Source of the DNA: Ginglymostoma cirratum
Taxonomy: Eukaryota
NCBI GenBank assembly: GCA_024137785.1
Contig: JAHRHZ010000266.1
Location: 198,738-262,737 of the forward strand
Direction of reading: 5' to 3'
Length of the DNA stretch: 64,000 nt
Shown: piece after piece, positions 1-11,899 of the stretch
How the letters are laid out: every line of letters starts with the position of its first letter
How positions within the stretch are numbered: the first letter of the stretch is position 1
Translations under genes and position numbers: made by a program
The notes under the pieces: model-generated
Seen by the model: the letters and a program-made list of their open reading frames with translations, nothing else
Databases searched by the model: none
Told to the model about the DNA's origin: nothing

Positions 1-100
1 GTTTTCCTGCTCCTATGATGCTGCTTGGCCTGCTGTGTTCATCCAGCCCCACGCATTATTATCTCGGATTCTCCAGCATCTGCAGTACCTTTTATCTCTG
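1..100 (+). mobile_element. Penelope-like element pLTR 3' end, truncated by window edge
   Basis: Reverse complement of the terminus of the Penelope copy at 3582-3680 (ttcctgctcctatgatgctgc...cagcatctgcagtaccttttatctctg). Confidence 0.85.
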
Positions 101-243
101 CCATCCTTACCTGGTCTGGCCTACATGTGACTCCAGAACCACAGCAATGTGGTTGACTCTGAACTGCCTGCTGGGCAACTAGGGATGGACAATAAATGCT
201 GGCTAGCCAGTGACGTCCTCATCCTGTTCCCAAATTAAAAAAA
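101..243 (+). mobile_element. 3' half of shark tRNA-derived SINE
   Basis: ccatccttacctggtctggcctacatgtgactccag...gggcaactagggatggacaataaatgctgg matches the fuller copies at 52448-52787 and 18365-18805. Confidence 0.8.
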
Positions 244-247
244 ACAC

Positions 248-1335
248 AATACAGGCCCTTCAGCCCACGATGTTGTGCAAATCTATTACTCTACGAAGAC
301 CAATCGACCCTGTATACCCTACATTTTAGTATCCTCTATGTCCCTATCCAAGAGTTGCTTAAAAGTCTCTAAAGTATCTGACTCCGCTACCACTGCCAGC
401 AGTGCATTCCACACGCCCACCACTCTCTGTGTAAAGAACCTACCTCTAATATCTCCCTATACCTTCCTCCAATCAACTTCAAATTATACCTCCTTGTAAT
501 AGTCATCTCCGCCCTGGGAAAAAGTCTCTGACTATCCACTCTATCTTCGCCTCTCATCATCTTGTACAACTCTATCAAGTCATCTCTCATCCTTTTTCGC
601 TACAATGAAAAGAGTCCTAACTCCCTCAACCTTTCCTCATCAGACCTGCCCTCCACTCCAGGCAGCATCCTGGTAAATCTCCTCTTCACACTCTCTAAAG
701 CTTTCACATCTTTCCTATAATGAGGTGACCAGAACTGAATGCAACATTCCAAGTGTGGTCTAATCAGAGTTTTATAGAGCTGCAGCATAACCTCACGGCT
801 CTTAAACTCAATTCCCCTGCCAATGAAAGCCAACACACCATACACCTTCTTTACAACCCTATCAACTTGGGTAGCAACTTTGAGGAATCTGTGGACATGC
901 ACCGCAAGATCCCTCTGTTCCTCCACACTGCCGAGAATCCCGCCATTAACTCTGTATTCTGCATTCAAATTCCACCTTCCAAAATGAATCAATTCACACT
1001 TTCCTGGATTGAATTCCATCTGCCGCTTCTTTGCCCAGCTCTTCATCCTGTCAATGTCCCGTTGCAAACTACAACAGCCCTCCACACTGTCCACAACTCC
1101 ACCAACCTTTGTCTCATCGGCAAACTTACTAACCCACCCTTCCACTTCCTCATCCAAGTTATTTATAAAGATCACAAAGAGCAGAGGTCCCAGAACAGAT
1201 CCTTGCAGAGCACCACTGGTCACCGAGCTCCAGGCTGAATCTTTTCCATCTACCGCCATGCTCTGTGTTCTACTGGACAACCAATTCTGTATCCAGACAG
1301 CCAGATCTTCCTCAATCCCATGCCTCCTTACTTTC
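248..1335 (-). mobile_element. CR1 LINE 3' fragment (RT C-terminus and tail)
   Basis: ORF 600-1280 has QGSVLGPLLF, SKFADETK, RPHLECCIQFWSP; same subfamily as 24675-25978 and 38670-39865. Confidence 0.93.
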
Positions 1336-1816
1336 TAAATGACCTTACTTTCTGAATATAACATTTGAGAGCTCAGTTCAACAGTCTGCAAACATCAGGG
1401 AAGAAGCTGTTCTTGAATCTGTTCACACCTGTATTCAAACTTTTACACCTTCTGCCCAATGGAAGAGGGTAGAGGAGAGTATTACCAAAGTGGGAGGGGT
1501 CCTTGGTTACGGGAGAGATAATAGGAACTGCAGATGCTGGAGATGTTGGTTGCTTCCGTAGGCAGTGGGAATTATAGATAGAGTCATTGGATGGAAGGCT
1601 GGTTTGTGTGATGGTCTGGGCTGTTCTCACAACTCTCTTGGATCTTGGGAAGAGCAGTTGCCATACCACACTTTCTCAGATGCTTTTTTTGGTGTGTCTA
1701 TAAAAATTGGTCAGAGTATTTGTGGAAATGCCAAATTTCATTAGCCTTCTGAGGAAGTAGAGACATTATTGTCCTTTCTTGAACAGTCGCGTCGATAAGA
1801 GTGCACCAGGGCAGAT
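1289..1816. repeat. Left arm of ~0.5 kb inverted duplication (partner 5343-5820)
   Basis: Reverse-complement match including the CR1/Rex1 junction. Confidence 0.9.
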
Positions 1817-2515
1817 CGTTGATGATTATCACTCCCATGGGCTTGACATTCGGCACCATCTCCACCTCAGCACTATTGACACAGACAGGGGCGTGCCCAC
1901 CACTCCACTTCCTAACATCAATGAACAGCCAATTTGTTTTGCTGATGTTAATGGAGAAATTGTTGTCTCTACACCATGCTGCTAAGCACTAAATCTCTTT
2001 CCTATATTCTGTCTCGTCATTGTTTTGAGATCTGACCTACAATGTTGATGTCATCAGCAAACTTGTTAATAGAGTTAGGGCAGAATTTGGTCACACAGTC
2101 GTGAGTTTATAAGGTGTACAGTAGAGGCCTGTCCAAGCAGCCTTGCAGGACACTGGTGTTGAGGATTATTGTGGAGGAAATTTGTCGACGAGTTTTACTG
2201 ATTGCAGTCTATGGGTCAGGAAGTCAAGGATCCAGCTGCAGAATGGGGAGCCAAGACCTAGGTCTCAGAGTTTGGAGATGAGTTTGTTTGAATTATGGTG
2301 TTGAAGGTGTAGCTGCCAGGCAGTAGTCATTGAGGCACGCTGCATGATTTTTATTTGGCACTTGGATGATGGCGGTCTTCTTGAAGGAGGTGGGGACTTC
2401 AATTCGTAGTAACGAAAGGTTAAAAATATCAACGAATATTCCTGCTAGCTGTTCTGCACAGGATCTGAATGCATGGCTGGGACTCCAATGGGGCTTTCCA
2501 TAGGTTCACTCTCAA
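1373..2515 (-). mobile_element. Rex1/Babar-like LINE remnant
   Basis: Translations such as RVVRTAQTITQTSLPS and NRFKNSFFP; homologous to 20020-22143. Confidence 0.75.
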
Positions 2516-2559
2516 TGTTTAATGTCTGCCTAACATCAGTGACATTTCCTTGAAAACCT

Positions 2560-3570
2560 TAAATGTTGTGAGATAAAGGTTTAATTGTGATAGTCAACTC
2601 TGTCGTTCAACTTTGTTTGAAGAAGACAGTCTCAAGGCCCAGATATAAGCCAGTCTATCTTTCCATTTCTACTCGTCCTTTCCAATTACCCTAGAACCTC
2701 TCTCGAGGCCACTGCCTCAGTGACTGCCTCCCATTTATCATGAATAATGTCCAAAATCTTCATATCTCACTTGCAGGTCCCTTTGTTGTAGAGCTATTGA
2801 CATCAAGAAGGTGGTGCCCTAGACATTAGAATGAATCCCGACAGTGTGGAAACAGGCCCTTCGGCCCAACAAATCCACACCGAACCTCAGAGCATCCCAC
2901 CCAGACTCATCCCCCTATAACCCACTTAATCTACACCTCCCTGAACACTACAGGTAATTTAGCATGGCCAATCCACCTAACCTGCACATTTTTGGACTGT
3001 GGGAGGAAACCCATGCAGACACAGGGAGAACATGCAAACTCCACACAGACAGTTACCCGAGGGTGGAATCGAACCCGGGTCTCTGGCGCAGTGAGGCAGC
3101 AGTGCGAACCACTGTGCCACCGTGCTGCCCCTAGTGGTCAGTTTGCCACTCAGAGGTCTTGAGTTTATACTCTCCACCATCAGGTGAACATGGCTGAACC
3201 AGTGTACGAAAATCATTGACTTAGCAATGACTGTATGCTGCTGAAATTAGCACTCTCCAAAACCTCTGAGTTTGTGATCTTGTCCTTCCAAGAGATGCTG
3301 AGGATACATCTGACATAGTGAAGGGGGAAACAGTTCAGAGTTTTGTCCTACCAAGCTACTGTAGTCCCATTCTTCCCACTATAGAAGAGTACTTTGAGGC
3401 ATGGTAAATTGTAGTTTGGTTTTCTCAGACAGGTTGTTGTTGTAACATATCCTCAACATCTATACAAGATCTGTAACTATTGTGCTGCTCACAATGACTT
3501 CAGCAGCAAGTGATACATTCCTGTTGCTTGTGAAACCTCGAACTGTGAAGCCAGAAAGATCCTGTGGTGT
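2560..3570 (-). mobile_element. Degraded RTE-clade LINE, interrupted by an HE1 SINE and a Penelope copy; continues at about 5216-5330
   Basis: Minus-strand translation around 3250-3310 gives ILSISWKDKITNSEVLE, an RTE ORF C-terminal motif. Confidence 0.6.
2832..3131 (-). mobile_element. HE1-type (V-SINE) elasmobranch SINE
   Basis: tRNA-like head gggcagcacggtggcacagtggttcgcactgctgcctcac, V-domain gtctgtgtggagtttgcatgttctccc, CR1-derived tail. Confidence 0.88.
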
Positions 3571-3678
3571 TAAAATTGTATCAGAGATAAAAGGTACTGC
3601 AGATGCTGGAGAATCCAAGATAACAAGCATGGGGCTGGATGAACACAGCAGGTCAAGCAGCATCATAGGAGCAGGAAA

Positions 3679-3716
3679 ACTTGACGTTTCGGGCCCAGAC
3701 CCTTCATCAGAAATGG
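3679..3716 (-). ncRNA. Minimal hammerhead ribozyme motif in Penelope pLTR
   Basis: CUGAUGA-A-GGGU(CUGG)GCCC-GAAAC-GUC-AAG; also at 10636-10663; degenerate at 47403-47430. Confidence 0.7.
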
Positions 3717-3965
3717 GGGAGGGGAAGAGGGTTCTGAAATAAATAGGGAGAGAGGGGGAGGCGGATAGAGGATGGATAGAGGAGAGCATAGGTGGAGAGG
3801 AGACAGACAAGTCGAAGAGGCGGGGATGGAGCCAGTAAAGGTGAGTGTAGGTAGGGGGGTGGGGAGGAGATAGGTCAGTCCAGGGAGGATGGACAGGTCA
3901 AGGGGGCGGGATGATGTTAGTAGATAGGAGATGGGGGTGTGGCTTGAGGTGAGAGGAAAAACAGG

Positions 3966-5192
3966 TTAGGGAGGTGGAAATGAGCTGGGCTGGTTTTGGG
4001 ATGCGGTTGGGGTAGGGGAGATTTTGAAGCTTGTGAAATCCACATTGATACCATTGGGCTGCAGGGTTCCCAGGCTGAATATGATTTGCTGTTCCTGCAC
4101 CCTTCCGGTGGCATCACTGTGGCATTGCAGGAGGCCCAGGATGGACATGTCATCTGAGGAATGGGAGTGGGAGTTGAAATGGTTCGCGACTGGGAGGTGC
4201 AGTTGTTTGTTGCGAACTGAGCGCAGGTGTTCTGCAAAGCGGTCCCCAAGCCTCCGCTTGGTTTCCCCGATGTAGAGGAAGCCACAACGGATACAGCGGA
4301 TGCAGTATACCACATTGGCAGATGTGCAGGTGAACATCTGCCTGATGTGGAAAGTCTTCTTGGGGCCTGGAATTGGGGTGAGGGAGGAGGTGTGGGGGCA
4401 GGTGTAGCACTTCCTGAGGTTACAAGGAAAAGTGCCGGGTGTGGTGGGGCTGGAGGGGAGTGTGGAGCGGACAAGGGAGTCACGGAGGGAGTGGTCCCTC
4501 CGGAAGGCAGATAAGGGTGGGGAGGGAAAAATGTCTTTGGTGGTGGGGTCTGATTGCAGATGGCGGAAGTGTCGGAGGATGATGCGTTGGATCCGGAGGT
4601 TGGTGGGGTGGTATGTGAGGACGAGGGGGATTCTTTTTTGGTTATTATTGCGGGGACGGGGCGTGAGGGATGTGTTCCGGGAAATGCGGGAGACACGGTC
4701 GAGGGCGTTCTCGACCACTGTAGGGGGGAAGTTGCGGTCCTTGAAGAATGAGGACATTTGAGATGTACGGGAGTGGAATGTCTCATCCTGGGAGCAGATG
4801 CGGCGGAGGCGAAGGAGTTGGGAATAGGGGATGGCATTTTTGCAGGAGGGTGGGTGGGAGGAGGTGTATTCCAGGTAGCTGTGGGAGTCAGTGGGCTTGA
4901 AATGGACATTGGTTTCTAGGTGGTTGCCCGAGATGGAGACAGAGAGGTCCAGGAAGGAGAGAGAAGTGTTGGAGATGGTCCAGGTGAACTTCAGGTTGGG
5001 GTGGAAGGTGTTGGTGAAGTGGATGAACTGTTCGAGCTCCTCGTGGGAGCACGAGGCGGCGCCAATGCAGTCATCAATGTAACGGAGGAAGAGGTGGGGT
5101 TTAGGGCCAGTGTAGGTACGGAAGAGGGATTGTTCCACGTAACCTACAAAGAGGCAGGCATGGCTTGGGCCCATGCGGGTACCCATGGCCAC
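3966..5192 (-). CDS. Penelope-like RT (C-terminal half) plus GIY-YIG endonuclease, 408 aa open frame
   Basis: AMGTRMGP, RYIDD, FLDL, HP...K.AIPYSQ, Cys-rich linker, NVVYCIRC..CGFLYIGET, NHFN, L.P.GIN motifs. Confidence 0.92.
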   Translation of the reverse strand: MAMGTRMGPSHACLFVGYVEQSLFRTYTGPKPHLFLRYIDDCIGAASCSHEELEQFIHFTNTFHPNLKFTWTISNTSLSFLDLSVSISGNHLETNVHFKPTDSHSYLEYTSSHPPSCKNAIPYSQLLRLRRICSQDETFHSRTSQMSSFFKDRNFPPTVVENALDRVSRISRNTSLTPRPRNNNQKRIPLVLTYHPTNLRIQRIILRHFRHLQSDPTTKDIFPSPPLSAFRRDHSLRDSLVRSTLPSSPTTPGTFPCNLRKCYTCPHTSSLTPIPGPKKTFHIRQMFTCTSANVVYCIRCIRCGFLYIGETKRRLGDRFAEHLRSVRNKQLHLPVANHFNSHSHSSDDMSILGLLQCHSDATGRVQEQQIIFSLGTLQPNGINVDFTSFKISPTPTASQNQPSSFPPP

Positions 5193-5342
5193 CCCCTTTG
5201 TTGGAAGTGGGACGTAGATCCTGTGGTGTCACATTTCCAATGCTGGTAGATGGCAGTTAAGCAATGTCATGGGACATGACCTTTATTTCCCTGATGTTGG
5301 TGGTCTAACTCAAACTCTTGACAGGCGTGAGAGTGTCTGTTT

Positions 5343-5820
5343 ATTTGCCCTGCTGCATTCTTGTCGATGCGACTGTTCAAGAAAGGACAATAATGTCTCT
5401 ACTTCCTCAGAAGGCTAAGGAAATTTGGCATTTCCACAAATACTCTGACCAATTTTTACAGTCACACCAAAGAAAGCATCCAAGAAAGTGTGGTACGGCA
5501 ACTGCTCTTCCCAAGACCCAACAGAGTTGTGAGAACAGCCCAGGCCATCACACAAACCAGCCTTCCATCCAATGACACTGCCTACGGAAGCAACCAACAT
5601 AACCAAGGACCCCTCCCACTTTGGTAATACGCTCCTCCACCCTCTTCCGTTGGGCAGAAGGTGTAAAAGTTTGAATACAGGTGTGAACAGATTCAAGAAC
5701 AGCTTCTTCCCTGATGTTTGCAGACTGTTGAACGGAGCTCTCAAATGTTATATTCAGAAAGTAAGGTCATTCAGAAAGTAAGAAGGCATGGGATTGAGGG
5801 AGATCTGGCTGTCTGGATAC
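5343..5820. repeat. Right arm of inverted duplication of 1289-1816
   Basis: Same peptide ITKDPSHFGNTLLHPLPLGRRCKSLNTGVNRFKNSFFPDVCRLLN in the opposite orientation, plus the shared CR1 junction. Confidence 0.9.
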
Positions 5821-6470
5821 GATGATGTCCACATCCTGTGAAAGGTACTCGTGGTATCAGTTAAAATTGGAGCTAGACATTTAAGGCGTGAAATTAAACA
5901 ACACATATAGGGTGGCAGAGGGTTGGAGCTATTTTTCCATCAATGGCAACTGAGACTATATCAATGGATTAAAACTGAGATTAATGCAGCTTTGTTAAAA
6001 AATGGTGTTAAGGGATTTGGGTGAAGGGCAGTTTATGTAGTTAGGTAGATCTGTGATGATTTCATTGAATGACAGAACTGCCAAGAAGGGCTGAATGGCC
6101 CTTTTTGTTCTCATGTCCCCATATTATCATCAGACAAGGGAATTACCAGGTCTATCTTCTCCTCACCCAGGACTCTCATTGGCGGGGACCTTGAAGCTCG
6201 GATCCATAGTGATGTTTTCTCTGTTCCCTATACCAGAACACTGAGTTTGAGCACAGCCAATGAGTGACTGTGTGAGGTTTCAGAGACGGTGACTGAATGG
6301 TCGATAAATCCCAGCCTCATCTCTCTCTCTCTCTCCTTCTCACTGCCTCCTGCCTCAGACCAATTGAAAGAGCCCAGGACAAGCATCTGAGCCGAGATCT
6401 CCCAGACCAGGTGAAGCCTGCTCCCATTGAGCGATGAGGACAGTGACACCATCCGGACATTGCACCTTAC

Positions 6471-6854
6471 CTTCCACTTCCAGTTTTGTTCCTTTCCCAG
6501 TTCCAAAACTGTTAATGTTGAGCTCTACACGACACCGATAGGAACCCTTGTCCTCCAGGCCCAGTCCATCCATTATTATTGAAGCATCTTTGTTGCTGAG
6601 GTTCCCCACGAATCTGAATCGATTTCCACCGTCCCGCAGTATCACATTCTCACACAGCTCACCCTGGGAATGGCCTGGGCCAGGATATGTACACTTAAAG
6701 ATAACACCTGTGAAATATTTAATCCATATCATGGAGCCGGTGAGTGTGAGATTAGTGTCTGGGTGGGTGAAGCTGCAGGGTAAAACAGCGGAGCCTCCTT
6801 CCTCAGTCCTCACACTGTCCGCGATTGTCATTGACCACCCATTTCCAGAATCCG
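6471..6854 (-). CDS. Gene B: Ig V-set (VJ-type) domain exon, Siglec-15-like / NKp30-like receptor
   Basis: Acceptor (ct)n...cccctcacag, donor GAAG|gtaagg, 384 nt, phase 1-1, open; DSGNGWSMTIADSVRTEEGGSAVLPCSFTHP...IW...IFKC...ELC...DASII...D.GSYRCRVELNINSFGTGKGTKLEVE. Confidence 0.9.
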
Positions 6855-7179
6855 CTGTGAGGGGAGAGAAGCAAACAGAGAGAGAGAGAGAGAGAGGATA
6901 TGAACACAGCATGGGAACAGAGGACAATGATTTCAAAAAAAATAAACTGCAAAACAATGGCTGAAACCTTTTGAGGAGCACGATGCACTTTGGCATTGCT
7001 GCTGTCTGGCTGGGACTTCCGACCCCAGCCTTTTCACCCTACAGAGTGCATCTTATATTGAAGCCTTTCTCCAGATCGCTGGACTAACCACACCATCTGT
7101 TTATAGCTCTGGCCAGGAGCTCAACTTACATTCACCAACACAGCTAAAAAACATTGAGACATTTCAATGGCTTCTGAGC

Positions 7180-9140
7180 GTGTTTACCAATGAATGCACA
7201 GGTGAATGTATAGTTGGTGAAATGGGTAGGATTAGCGTTAAGTGGGCAAGGGGGTAATTTAGGTGGTGTAAGTAGGTTGAGCAGTACTCGGTAGGGAGGC
7301 AGGTGGTACCATTACCCAACAGCAACGAGGGTGAGATTGTAACTTTGAAATTTGAGGGGATCAACAAGGTTGGAGAAACAAGGGAGCAAACACAGGGATG
7401 GAAAATATATTCATGAGTGAAATGCAACAATCTCATGGTGAGAAGGGGGGCTGGAGTTGCATGGTGAGCTCCAGTCAGGTCAGGTAGTCAGATGGTGTCA
7501 GCAGTCTACACATAGTGAGCAAGGTTTAATAAATGATGTCAGAATAAAAGATCCCCGAGAGAAGAGTAACCAGAACATCAAAGAAGTTAGCATTCAGTTT
7601 GAGAGTCAGAAACTCTGCTAAATTCAAATAAAGGTAATTAGATGGGATTGAGGGTGGAGTTGGTTGGAGTGGATGCAGAAAGGAATTTAGCAGAAAATAT
7701 GGTTGAAGAATAATAGCAGATGTTTAAAAATGTTCGTGATTCACAGCAAAGATCTATCCAGTGAGAAAGAAGGATTCTAGAAAGCAGAATAAGCCAACTA
7801 TTGTTAGCCAGGGAAGTTAGTAACAGTAACAAATTGAAAGGAAAAACACACAGTGTGGCAAAAATTATTTGTAAATCAGAGGATTAGTAAAGTGTTAAAA
7901 GTTAAAAGAAATCCAAAAAATATGAAGATAGAGAAAATAAACAATGAGGGCAAAATCACAAGTAACATAAATGCAAACGGTAAAAGCTTCTTTACATATC
8001 TCAAAGAATACATATAAAAAGAATAGAAAGACAAAGAGAACTTCGGTTCCTTAGATGACTATGCTGGGAAAATAGCGCTAGAGAACCAGTAAATGGAACA
8101 AGAGTGGGACATTAATCTTCATAGTAGAGTACATCAATGGTATTCCAAAAATACTAAATGTTCAAGAGGCTAAAGGGCAGGAAGAAATAAACACAATAAC
8201 TATCACTAGAGAAAGATGTATTTGGGAAACTAATGCATCTCAAGACCTGTAACTCCTGGACCTTTTTATTTTATTCATTCACAGGATGACGGCATTGCTG
8301 ACTAGGCCAGCACCTATTGCTCATCCCTAATTGCCCAAGGGCAAGGGCAGTTAAGAGGCAACCACATTGCTGTGGGTCTGGAGTCACAGGTAGGCCAGAC
8401 CAGGTAAGGATTATAGTTTTCCTCCTTAAACAAGATTGGTGAACCAGGTGGGGTTTTTCTTCTGAAAATTAACAATGAATTGCTGGTCATCATTCGACTT
8501 TTAATTCCAGATTTGTTCATCGAATTCAAATTCCATTATCTGCCATGGGCACCCAGAACATTCCCTGAGTCTTTGGATTAACAGTCCAGTGATAATATCA
8601 CTAGGCCGGTGCCACCTGATGGATTGCATCCCAATATTTTAAATAAAGTAACTGCAGAGATAGGTATTCATAGTTATCTTCCAAGAAGCCTAAGATTTGC
8701 AAAATGTCCCAAAGGATTTGGCTACTGCCAAAGGAAAACATTTAATCAAAAAGCAAGGGAGACAAACAATGAGGTTACGATAGAACATCTGTATTGGGGA
8801 ATATGTTGGAATAATATAAAGCATGTAATAGCGTCATATCATCAAGCAGAGTCAATATGGCTTCAAGAAGGGAAATTATACCTGATACATTTATTACAGT
8901 TTTTGAGGAAGTAACAAACAGTATAGATAATGGGGAAGCAGTAGCTGTAATATATTTGGATTTCTAAAGGACATTCATTACCAAGGTACTAGATAAGCCT
9001 GCTGAATAACATAAGAGCGCATAATGTTGGGTTTAGTATATTAGCATGGATAGAGGATTGGCTAACTAATAGAAGAAAGAGAATTGGATAAAGGCAGTGT
9101 TTTTAGAATGGTACTTTTTGAGAATGAACTACAAATAGTG
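7180..9140 (+). mobile_element. Old CR1 ORF2 remnant with an internal tRNA-SINE (about 8262-8608, minus)
   Basis: Degenerate PDGLHP.IL..V, GF.KGK, IYLDF.K, WIEDWLTNR motifs. Confidence 0.65.
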
Positions 9141-9917
9141 GAGTGCCACTGGAAACATATAAATATTGGAACAGAAGTTGGTCATTCAGCCCCTCGAGCC
9201 TGCACCACCACCCAGTGAGATCATGGCTGATCTGTGCCCTAACTTCATATATCTGCTTTTGGCCCATATCCCTGAATACATTTACTCACCAAAAATTTAT
9301 CTCACTCAGATTTAAAATTAACAACTGATCTAGTGCCTGCTTCTATTTGTGGAAAAGAGTTACAAACATCTACTACCCTTTCTGTTTAGAAGTGCTTCCA
9401 AACATGTCTCCTGAATGCTCTGGCTGAAACTTTCAGATATGCCCCCATTTCTAGAATTCCAAACCAGTGGAAATAGTTTATCTTTATCTTCCCTGTCTTT
9501 TCTTTTTACTGTCTTGAAGACTTTGATTAAATCACCTGCTCAATTCTAGAGAAAACAGAAAAAATTGTATAATTTTTCCTCACAACGTAACCCCTGAGCC
9601 CGGGTATCACTCTTATAAACCTACATTGTCGGTGCTGGGATTATAGAATTGTTTGTATGTTTAATGATTTAGTTGGTGAAAGTGAATGTTAAGTTTACAG
9701 ATGACCCAAAAATCGGTTGGAAGGCAAATACTGAGGATGACAGAAGAAGGTAATGATGCTTATTTGAAGAGCTGGTGTACACATGGTAGACTAAATAGCC
9801 TTCTTCTATACTGAATGGCATCTGTGATTCTGTGACATCTGAGGGGCTCCTGACACTTATGGTCATACATCCAGTCTCTGTATAGTCACAGACTTGAAGA
9901 TCTGAGCTAATATTTAA

Positions 9918-10016
9918 AAGCTTTTCAGAAGAAGGGTCCAGACCCGAAACGCCAGCTTTCCTGCTCCTCTGATGCAGCTTGGCCTGCTGTGTTCATCCAG
10001 CTCTACACCTTGTTAT
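9918..10016 (+). mobile_element. Mini Penelope pLTR insertion
   Basis: gaagggtccagacccgaaacgccagc...ttgttatc between ctaatatttaa repeats at 9907-9917 and 10017-10027. Confidence 0.8.
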
Positions 10017-10535
10017 CTAATATTTAAGAGGTTGTGTTTTATTTGTGCCACAACATTAGGGGTGCACTTCTTGTGGATATTCAGAGGTATGTCAGCTACA
10101 GAAAGGTAGCAAGGCCTTTTAACATAGCTGGTGTCTTATAACTCATTTACCATTTGCAAATAGATGAGCAGCCACAATGAAATTTCAAGATGCAATCTGA
10201 AACACAATATGTTTACCTGTTCCCCTGAATCTTCTGTCTGTTTGTCTTTTTATTAAAATTCTCATGAGAGATACAGCAGAACTTTGCTTTCTTAATTGTG
10301 CAGCTACAGATGGTATCAGACTAATTGAGGTGCATCAGAATGAAACAGTTATTCCATTGTGCATTATTTACTGTTTTCTACAGGTGAATATATTCTTCAA
10401 TTGCTGAACTCTGCCAGGAAGTCTCTTTTTCACTCTTGTACCACAACATTGGCTTTTATTCACCACAATTGTTCAGCATTTTGGAAAAATAAAATTTTTT
10501 TTAAAAGTCATTACCCAATGTGGGACCTAAGGTAA

Positions 10536-11197
10536 AGAGATAAAAGGTACTGCAGATGCTGGAGAATCTGAGATAACAAGCATGGGGCTGGATGAACACA
10601 GCAGGTCAAGCAGCATCATAGGAGCAGGAAAACTTGACGTTTCGGGCCTAAACCCTTCATCAGAAATGGGGGAGGGGAAGAGGGTTCTGAAATAAATAGG
10701 GAGAGAGGGGGAGGNNNNNNNNNNNNNNNNNNNNNNNNNNNNNNNNNNNNNNNNNNNNNNNNNNNNNNNNNNNNNNNNNNNNNNNNNNNNNNNNNNNNNN
10801 NNNNNNNNNNNNNNNNNNNNNNNNNNNNNNNNNNNNNNNNNNNNNNNNNNNNNNNNNNNNNNNNNNNNNNNNNNNNNNNNNNNNNNNNNNNNNNNNNNNN
10901 NNNNNNNNNNNNNNNNNNNNNNNNNNNNNNNNNNNNNNNNNNNNNNNNNNNNNNNNNNNNNNNNNNNNNNNNNNNNNNNNNNNNNNNNNNNNNNNNNNNN
11001 NNNNNNNNNNNNNNNNNNNNNNNNNNNNNNNNNNNNNNNNNNNNNNNNNNNNNNNNNNNNNNNNNNNNNNNNNNNNNNNNNNNNNNNNNNNNNNNNNNNN
11101 NNNNNNNNNNNNNNTGATGCTGCTTGACCTGCTGTGTTCATCCAGCCCCATGCTTGTTATCTCAGATTCTCCAGCAGCTGCAGTACCTTTTATCTCT
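10536..11197. mobile_element. Inverted pair of Penelope pLTR ends flanking a 400-N gap (10715-11114)
   Basis: Left part near-identical to 3583-3760; right part is its reverse complement. Confidence 0.8.
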
Positions 11198-11619
11198 TAT
11201 CCATGCTTTATCTCACTTCTATATTTGTGCTTTCTCCCCAAATCACTTGGTATCTTTAAAACACCAAAAAATATATTTCTTTCTTAATTATGTTCAGTGA
11301 CTTGGCCTACACATTCTCCTGCGGTAGAGAATTCCACAGATTCACTATCTTTCGAGTGAAGAAATGCTTCTTCAGCTCAGTCCTAATTGGTCTACGCCAT
11401 ATCCTGAGACTGTGTCCCCTTGTTTAAAATTATTTTGGCGGGGATCGGAGAATCAGGAATTCGAGAGAAACAAGGTACATAGAATATTTGAGAGACCAGA
11501 TTGCACAAGACTATGAAGTAAATGGGATCAGAGAAAGAGTGTAAATAATAAATTCAAAGACAAGGTTACTGTCTCTGTAATTGAGGGCATGGAGAGTGGT
11601 AAACCAGATTGGCGAGTAA

Positions 11620-11899
11620 CCATAGAATCCCTACAGTGTGGAAACAGGCCCTTTGGCCCAACAAGTCCACACCGAACCTCAGAGCATCCCACCCAGACCC
11701 ACCCCTCCCTGAACACTACAGGCAATTTAGCATGGCCAATCCACCTAACCTGCACATCTTTGGACTGTGGGAGGAAACCCACGCAGACACAGGGAGAATG
11801 TGCAAACTCCACACAGACAGATGCCTGAGGCTGGAATTGAACCTGAGTCCCTGGTGCTGTGAGGCAGCAGTGCTAACCACTGAGCCACCATGCTGCCCC
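11620..11899 (-). mobile_element. HE1-type SINE inserted in an old CR1 (CR1 remnant about 11530-13165, +)
   Basis: Same head and V-domain as 2832-3131; flank translates FRKDR...GGVAVLIKE (CR1 endonuclease). Confidence 0.85.

Larger units (their letters stand above)
3582..5197 (-). mobile_element. 5'-truncated Penelope-like element with 3' pLTR
   Basis: RT plus GIY-YIG ORF, then a pyrimidine-rich UTR and a pLTR with a hammerhead core; 14-bp direct repeat agatcctgtggtgt at 3557-3570 and 5216-5229. Confidence 0.93.

Noticed and set aside
3917-5249. Pro/Ser-rich 330-aa ORF and several plus-strand ORFs
   Set aside because: Alternative-frame or antisense shadows of the Penelope ORF
6240-6470. Recombination signal sequences beside the V exon (antigen-receptor V gene)
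   Set aside because: A cacagtc occurs but without a nonamer at 12/23 spacing, and the J-like strand is already in the exon
6355-6996. 213-aa ORF as a single-exon gene with its own signal peptide
   Set aside because: The N-terminal part is the intronic (CT)n tract and the C-terminal part reads through a gtaagg donor; only 6854-6471 is exon
7130-7154. Alternative leader MFFSCVGE|gtaagt close to the V exon
   Set aside because: Phase fits but it is too short and not hydrophobic enough for a signal peptide
10217-10303. Open 87-nt phase 1-1 candidate exon between leader and V exon
   Set aside because: Weak acceptor and a basic peptide with no expected role there; could be chance
10527-11151. ORFs spanning N runs (also 47330-47873)
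   Set aside because: Artefacts of translating assembly gaps
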